This document shows positions 58,875 through 64,000 of a stretch of DNA of 64,000 nt, piece by piece. Within the stretch, counting starts at the first letter, position 1. The number at the start of each line of letters is the position of its first letter. Made by a program: the position numbers and the translations under genes. The stretch comes from an uncultured Acidobacterium sp. (GTDB lineage: Bacteria; Acidobacteriota; Vicinamibacteria; Vicinamibacterales; UBA2999): NCBI GenBank assembly GCA_964628295.1, contig CAZVLS010000003.1, forward strand, positions 187,972 through 251,971, given 5' to 3'. The notes under the pieces are model-generated. The model had not been told where the DNA came from and did not search any database. It saw only the letters and a list, made by a program, of their open reading frames with translations.

Positions 58875-60122
58875 CTAGAGTTTGGTGGCGCCGGCGTCGA
58901 TGAGACGCGCGCGAAGAGGGCCGATCATGTAAATCGATCCGCACGCGACGGCGCGGCGCGACAGCTCGAGCGCGCGAGTCACCGCGGCCACCGGCGAGGC
59001 GAACGCCTCGACCGGCACCGCAACCATGCGGCGCAGTTCGCCGGCCAGCTGGTCAGCCGTGCGCGCGCGCGCGTGCGGCACGCTCGTCGCGAGGAACGCC
59101 GACGCGACCGGTTTCAGCGGCGCGATCATGTTGATGAGGTCCTTGTCGGCCATGGCCGCGAACACAAACGGCAGCGGCTTGCTGCCGGTGTCCTGCAGGT
59201 ACGACGCCAGCGCCGTGGCTCCGGCCGGGTTGTGCGCGGCATCGATCAGCAGCTCGCCCTGCGGAGGGATGCGCAGCCATTCGAGGCGTCCCGGCCACTC
59301 GCATTGCGTCAGCCCGGTGACGATCGCGTCGGTCGATACGTGGCCGACCAGGGCGGACCATCGTTCGAGAATGGCGACGGCCACTGCCGCGTTTTCCAAC
59401 TGATGGCGCCCGGGCAAGGCCAGCGTCAACGGCGGATACTTCCGGTCCGTCGTCGTGGCATGCGCGTCGAACACCGGCGCCTCGGCTTCGCGGGCCACCT
59501 TGGTGATGCGGGCCGCCGCTTCGCGCGGCAACCGCCCGATCACCAGCGGCACGCCGCGCTTGGCGATCCCGGCCTTCTCAAACGCGATCTCACCAAGCGT
59601 GTGGCCCAGGTGCCGTTCGTGATCGAACGCGATCGAGGTGATGGCGGTGATGGTCGGTGTCAGCACGTTGGTCGCGTCGTAGCGGCCGCCAAGGCCGACT
59701 TCAACGATCGCGACGTCGATGCCCGCGCGCTTGAAGATCTCGAACGCAATGGCGGTTGAGACTTCGAAGAACGTGGGGGTGACCGTCAGCGCGCGGGCCT
59801 CGATGGCCGCGTCGATCACATCGAGCACGTGCCCCGTCACCGCTTCGAAGGTCGGGCGATCGACCGGCCGGCCATCGAGCGCGACGCGCTCCTCGATGCG
59901 ATCGAGATGCGGGGAGGTGTAACGACCGGTCTTCAGCCCCGCCGCTCGCAGTCCGCGCTCGGCCATGGCCGCGACCGACCCCTTGCCGTTGGTGCCGGCA
60001 ATATGGATGGAGCGGTAACTGCGCTCGGGATGACCGAGCGCGTCGAGGATCGCGCGGATGTTGTCGAGCCCGAGCTTGATGCCGAACTGTTCGAGCGAGA
60101 AGAGCCGTTCGAGCGGGGTCAA
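58875..60122 (-). CDS. folC: Bifunctional folylpolyglutamate synthase / dihydrofolate synthase
   Basis: Motifs are IHIAGTNGKGSV and VEVGLGGRYDATNV. It has a 4-nt overlap with accD, in the classic accD-folC order. Confidence 0.9.
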   Translation of the reverse strand: MTPLERLFSLEQFGIKLGLDNIRAILDALGHPERSYRSIHIAGTNGKGSVAAMAERGLRAAGLKTGRYTSPHLDRIEERVALDGRPVDRPTFEAVTGHVLDVIDAAIEARALTVTPTFFEVSTAIAFEIFKRAGIDVAIVEVGLGGRYDATNVLTPTITAITSIAFDHERHLGHTLGEIAFEKAGIAKRGVPLVIGRLPREAAARITKVAREAEAPVFDAHATTTDRKYPPLTLALPGRHQLENAAVAVAILERWSALVGHVSTDAIVTGLTQCEWPGRLEWLRIPPQGELLIDAAHNPAGATALASYLQDTGSKPLPFVFAAMADKDLINMIAPLKPVASAFLATSVPHARARTADQLAGELRRMVAVPVEAFASPVAAVTRALELSRRAVACGSIYMIGPLRARLIDAGATKL

Positions 60123-61000
60123 CGGCCTGGTTCGGCGTCGTTTCGCTGGGGGGCGGGCGGGGTGGTCATGAACTTGAGCGCGTGCCCAAGCGTGGCCTTC
60201 ATCTCACGGCGGTCGACCACGAGGTCGAGCATGCCGCGCTCCAGCAGGAACTCGCTGCGCTGGAATCCGTCCGGCAACTTCTGACGGATGGTCTGCTCGA
60301 TGACACGCGGGCCGGCAAAGCCAATCAACGCCTTCGGCTCCGCGACGTTCAGGTCGCCGAGCATGGCAAAACTGGCGGTCACGCCACCGGTCGTCGGATC
60401 CGTGAGGATCGAAATGTACGGCAGGCGCGCGCGATCCAGCCGCGCCAGCGCCGCCGAGATCTTGGCCATCTGCATCAGCGACAGCGCGCCTTCCATCATG
60501 CGCGCGCCGCCCGAGCACGACACGATCAGCATCGCGCAGCGCTTCTCGAGTGCGAGCTCGATGCCGCGGACGATCTTTTCGCCGACCACCACGCCCATCG
60601 AACCGCCGATGAAGCTGTATTCCATCGACGCGACCACCGCTTCGACCCCGTTGATGCGGCCGACGCCCACGATCACCGCGTCCTTCTTGCCGGTCGCCTT
60701 CTGGGTGGCCGCCAGGCGCGCCTTGTACTGCTTGGTGTCGGTGAACTTCAGCGGATCGTTCGAAACCAGGTTGGGCGCAATCTCCTCCCAGCGCTCGTCG
60801 TCGAACAGCGTTTTCAGCCGTTCGGTCGCGTCGAGCCGGAAGTGATGCGCGCACTTGCCGCAAACGTGGAGATTCTTGACGAGATCCTTGGTGTAGATGA
60901 CCGTGTCGCATTCCGGACACTTCACCCACAGGCCTTCGGGAACCCGGCTGGTCTTCGTGGACGCGGCAATCGGTTTGCGCGTCTTCTTGAACCACGCCAT
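60119..61000 (-). CDS. accD: Acetyl-CoA carboxylase carboxyltransferase beta subunit
   Basis: It has an N-terminal zinc ribbon (CPECDTVIYTKDLVKNLHVCGKCAHH) and the motif GGSMGVVVGEK. Confidence 0.93.
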   Translation of the reverse strand: MAWFKKTRKPIAASTKTSRVPEGLWVKCPECDTVIYTKDLVKNLHVCGKCAHHFRLDATERLKTLFDDERWEEIAPNLVSNDPLKFTDTKQYKARLAATQKATGKKDAVIVGVGRINGVEAVVASMEYSFIGGSMGVVVGEKIVRGIELALEKRCAMLIVSCSGGARMMEGALSLMQMAKISAALARLDRARLPYISILTDPTTGGVTASFAMLGDLNVAEPKALIGFAGPRVIEQTIRQKLPDGFQRSEFLLERGMLDLVVDRREMKATLGHALKFMTTPPAPQRNDAEPGR

Positions 61001-61020
61001 ATAGAGTCAATCGTATCAAA

Positions 61021-61107
61021 GTGAGAAGTGAGAGGTGAGAAGTAAGAAGAAAGGCTTCTCCTTCTCACTTCTCACCTCTCACCTCTCACTTCTCACTTCT
61101 CACTTCC
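61021..61107. repeat. Inverted heptamer arrays (GTGAGAR x4 / YTTCTCA x7) between two co-directional genes
   Basis: The left arm is 61021-61048, the loop 61049-61054 and the right arm 61055-61107. The dNK stop (61100-61102) is inside a unit, and the element ends 20 nt upstream of the accD start. Confidence 0.9.
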
Positions 61108-61768
61108 GCGCGACGTAGTAGCGCGTCCCCTTGCCCATCCCCTTGATCTGCTTGACAAGGTCATCCAGCGCGGCATCGTCCGATTCAGGGTCGAACTCCG
61201 ACGTTTCGACCACCAGGAGCGGGGTCGAGGTGTAGTGAAAGAAGAAATGCTGGTAGGCCTCGTTCAATTCGCGAACATAGTCTTCGGCCGGCAGCGGCAC
61301 GGTGGTTTCGGGCAGGCCGCTTTCGCGCTCGGATTCTTCACGCGCGCGGGCGCGGCGGCGGAGCCGTTCCATCAACAACTCGGTCGGGGCCTGCAGGTAG
61401 ACGACAAGATCCGGCGCGGGCACGTCGCGGGCCAGCAGGTCGAACAACCGCTGGTAGATGAACAGCTCGTTATCGTCGAGATTCAGGTACGCGAAGATCT
61501 TGTCCTTGTCGAAGACGTAGTCGCAGATCGTGGTCTGCAGGAACAGATCCGCCTGGCGCTTGCTGGTCAGCTGGCGGTGGCGGTTGAGCAGGTAGAACAA
61601 CTGCGCCTGCAGCGCCGAGCCGGGGCGATCGGCGTAGAAGTCCGCGAGAAACGGGTTCTCGGAGTCTTCGAGCACGGTCGTTGCCTCGAGCTTGCTGGCC
61701 AGCCGCTCGGCCAGCCGCGTCTTGCCGACCCCGATCGGGCCTTCGATGGCGAGATAGTGAAAGGCCAC
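61100..61768 (-). CDS. Deoxynucleoside kinase family protein
   Basis: Motifs are YLAIEGPIGVGKTRLAERLA (P-loop) and the LVVYLQAP...RRR lid region, with a length of 222 aa. Confidence 0.8.
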   Translation of the reverse strand: MAFHYLAIEGPIGVGKTRLAERLASKLEATTVLEDSENPFLADFYADRPGSALQAQLFYLLNRHRQLTSKRQADLFLQTTICDYVFDKDKIFAYLNLDDNELFIYQRLFDLLARDVPAPDLVVYLQAPTELLMERLRRRARAREESERESGLPETTVPLPAEDYVRELNEAYQHFFFHYTSTPLLVVETSEFDPESDDAALDDLVKQIKGMGKGTRYYVARK

Positions 61769-61793
61769 TCCGCCGCCGAGTATAGTTTGTAGC

Positions 61794-62909
61794 GTGACGA
61801 TCGAGAAGATCGAGCTGTTCCTCTGCCGCCTGCCCCTGGTGCATTTCTTCGAGACGAGCTTCGGGCGTTCCTACGACCGGACGTTCGTGCTGATCCGCGT
61901 GGAAGGCGAGGTTGGCGGCGCGCGTTTCGAGGGCTGGGGCGAGTCGGTTGCCGAAGCCAACCCGTACTACAGCAGCGAAACCACTGAGACCGTGTGGCAC
62001 ATCATCGCCGGTTTCATTGCCCCGCTGATCCTCGGCACGCGCTTCGAGCACCCCCGCGAGGTGTATCCGGCGCTGAAGCGGATCCGCGGCCACAACATGG
62101 CCAAGGCCGGCGTCGAAATGGCGATCTGGGACCTGTATGCGCGCGCGCAAGGCCAGCCGCTGTCGAAGATCCTCGGCGGAACACGCGATCGCATCGCGTC
62201 AGGCGTCTCGATCGGCATCCAGGACTCACTCGATCAGCTCATGGGCAAGATCGAGAAGGAGCTCGCGGCCGGCTACCAGCGCATCAAGATCAAGATCAAG
62301 CCCGGCTGGGACATCGACGCCGTTGAACGCGTCCGCAAGACCTTTGGGCAGATCCCGCTCCAGGTCGACGCCAATGCCGCCTATTCACTCGACGATGCGG
62401 CCTTGCTCGCGCGCCTCGATCCGCATGACCTGCTGCTGATCGAGCAGCCGCTCGATTACGACGATGTGATGGATCACGCGGTGCTGCAGAAGCAGATCAA
62501 GACGCCGGTGTGCCTCGACGAGTCCATCCATACCGTGCGCATTGCGCGTGATGCGATAGACGCCAAGGCCTGCAAAATCATCAACATCAAGCCCGGCCGT
62601 GTGGGTGGGCACCAGGCATCCATCGAACTGCACGATTTGTGTGCGGCCAACGGCATCCCGGTGTGGCACGGCGGCATGCTCGAGAGTGGGATTGGCCGCG
62701 CCCACAACATCCATCTCGCAAGCCTGCCGAACTTCTCGCTGCCCGGCGATATCGCCGCGAGCAAGCGCTACTACCAGCCCGACCTTATCGATCCGCCGAT
62801 CGATATTGCGCAAGACGGAACCATTGCCGTGCCGCAAGAGCCGGGAATCGGTGTCAATATCGTTCGAGAGCGAATCGAGAAAGCGACGTTGCGGCATTTG
62901 AGTCTATGA
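61794..62909 (+). CDS. Enolase-superfamily o-succinylbenzoate synthase / N-acylamino acid racemase-type enzyme
   Basis: Motifs are YQRIKIKIKPGWD, QVDANAAY, LIEQPL and CLDES (metal ligand and KxK contexts), with a length of 371 aa. Confidence 0.8.
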   Translation: MTIEKIELFLCRLPLVHFFETSFGRSYDRTFVLIRVEGEVGGARFEGWGESVAEANPYYSSETTETVWHIIAGFIAPLILGTRFEHPREVYPALKRIRGHNMAKAGVEMAIWDLYARAQGQPLSKILGGTRDRIASGVSIGIQDSLDQLMGKIEKELAAGYQRIKIKIKPGWDIDAVERVRKTFGQIPLQVDANAAYSLDDAALLARLDPHDLLLIEQPLDYDDVMDHAVLQKQIKTPVCLDESIHTVRIARDAIDAKACKIINIKPGRVGGHQASIELHDLCAANGIPVWHGGMLESGIGRAHNIHLASLPNFSLPGDIAASKRYYQPDLIDPPIDIAQDGTIAVPQEPGIGVNIVRERIEKATLRHLSL

Positions 62910-64000
62910 ATCTGAGCCTTCTGCGGCCCTGGTGCTATCTGTGCCTTCTGGTCAGTTGCGCCGCCCCTGCGGCGCCGGTCCAGGCGCCGACTCCTCCGGC
63001 GGCGGTCTTCGAACAGAAGATGAAATGGATCCTGCAACTCGAGGACGAGCGCCAGCTGCGGGGAAACGGTGGGGATCTCGTCGCGCTGCTGAGCGATTCG
63101 GAGGCGCGCATCCGGCGTCGAGCGGCTCTGGCGATCGGCCGCGTGCATCTCCCAGACGGCATCCCCGGCCTCACCACGCTGCTCCAGTCGGAAAGCGATC
63201 CGGAAGTACGGCAGATGGCCGTGTTTTCCATGGGCCTGATTGGCGACGCGACAGCGGCGCCGGTGTTGATCACCGCGCTCAACGATCCCGACCCGATGAT
63301 TCAAGGCCGCGCTGCTGAGGCGCTCGGCCAGATTGCGCACAAGGCGGCAGCGCAACCCATCACCAACATGGTCTACGCGCACGTCAACGGCGGCGCGCTG
63401 AACGGCATCAACCCTGATGACATGGGGTATCCCAAGCCGCCGGCCGCGGAAGCTGTTCGCCTTGGTCTGTTTGCGCTGGTGCGCCTCGGCTCTTACGACG
63501 GGCTCGCATCGGCGATGCTCGATCCGGCCGGCAAGCTGCGCAGCCGCTGGTGGCCGGTGGCGTTTGCGTTCCAGCGTGTCAATGATGCGCGCGCGGTGGA
63601 CGTGCTGCTGGATCTGTTCAACGGTGAAGGGCAACTGTCCCGTGCGTTCGCAGCGCGGGGCCTCGGCACCTCGAAGGACCCGCGGGCGGCAACGCCGTTG
63701 CTGGGCGCAGCGGAAGACGCCGCGCAGCCCCTTGCGGTGCGCATCCAGTCGGTGCGCGCGATTGCCGCGCTCGCCGATCCGCGTGGCGGCGCCGTGATGC
63801 GCAGGCTGATCTCCTCGCCGAAGACCGACCAGAACCTGCAGCTCGAAGCGACGACCGCGCTCGGGCGGCTCCGCGACGCGGCATCGGTGGAATTGCTGAT
63901 CGACCTCGTGTCGGCGGAATGGCCGTCGGTGCGGGCGGCCGCGCTGGATTCGCTCGCCAGGATCGACGTGGACACGTTTACGAGCGCCCTCTCCGGCCTG
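62906..64000 (+). CDS. Secreted HEAT-repeat (PBS-lyase HEAT-like) protein, 3' end beyond the window
   Basis: ATG 62906 overlaps the previous stop (ATGA). MNLSLLRPWCYLCLLVSCAAPAAP is signal or lipoprotein-like. Repeated motifs include ARIRRRAALAIGRV, DPEVRQMAVFSMGLIGD, DPDPMIQGRAAEALGQI and SVRAAALDSLARI. The frame is open to the window edge and is not in the supplied ORF track because it lacks a stop. Confidence 0.75.
   Translation, partial: MNLSLLRPWCYLCLLVSCAAPAAPVQAPTPPAAVFEQKMKWILQLEDERQLRGNGGDLVALLSDSEARIRRRAALAIGRVHLPDGIPGLTTLLQSESDPEVRQMAVFSMGLIGDATAAPVLITALNDPDPMIQGRAAEALGQIAHKAAAQPITNMVYAHVNGGALNGINPDDMGYPKPPAAEAVRLGLFALVRLGSYDGLASAMLDPAGKLRSRWWPVAFAFQRVNDARAVDVLLDLFNGEGQLSRAFAARGLGTSKDPRAATPLLGAAEDAAQPLAVRIQSVRAIAALADPRGGAVMRRLISSPKTDQNLQLEATTALGRLRDAASVELLIDLVSAEWPSVRAAALDSLARIDVDTFTSALSGL

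Overview
High-GC, densely coding bacterial chromosome segment with about 50 CDS. The gene content (CarboxypepD_reg-type TonB-dependent receptor, PQQ-like propeller, many secreted peptidases, heme c/PHM-like fusion proteins, TPR/HEAT proteins) suggests an Acidobacteriota-like organism; this is inference only. Most genes are housekeeping: citrate synthase, lepA-lepB, hutI plus cyclodeaminase, yggS-divIVA-DUF167, dinG, glyA, rpiB, hrpB, thiC, rmlA-rfbB, lptD, folC-accD, a dNK-family kinase and an OSBS/NAAAR-type enolase. I found no rRNA, tRNA, CRISPR array, IS element, prophage or recognisable defence or toxin-antitoxin genes. Two things stand out. (1) A dispersed family of gene-end elements is built from tandem 7-nt units, each reading G + stop codon + NNN (GTGAGAR, GTAGCAA, GTAGCCA, GTAGGAA). 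The units usually form inverted arrays that fold into long periodic hairpins and supply the real stop codons of the flanking genes. A related CCCTGAN heptamer, a 9-mer hairpin and an 18-bp in-frame stop repeat also occur, and two arrays lie inside coding sequence. (2) Three paralogous secreted proteins fuse an N-terminal CxxCH heme c module to a two-copper PHM/DBM-like monooxygenase fold. Two of them sit in a cluster with a TonB-dependent receptor, two thioredoxin-fold proteins and an unknown secreted protein. Smaller oddities are a frameshifted ankyrin gene, a DUF167 gene with no canonical start codon, head-to-head overlapping start regions, helically phased 11-bp repeats, and thiC with no room for a TPP riboswitch. 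All family calls come from motif recognition by eye. No database search was run.
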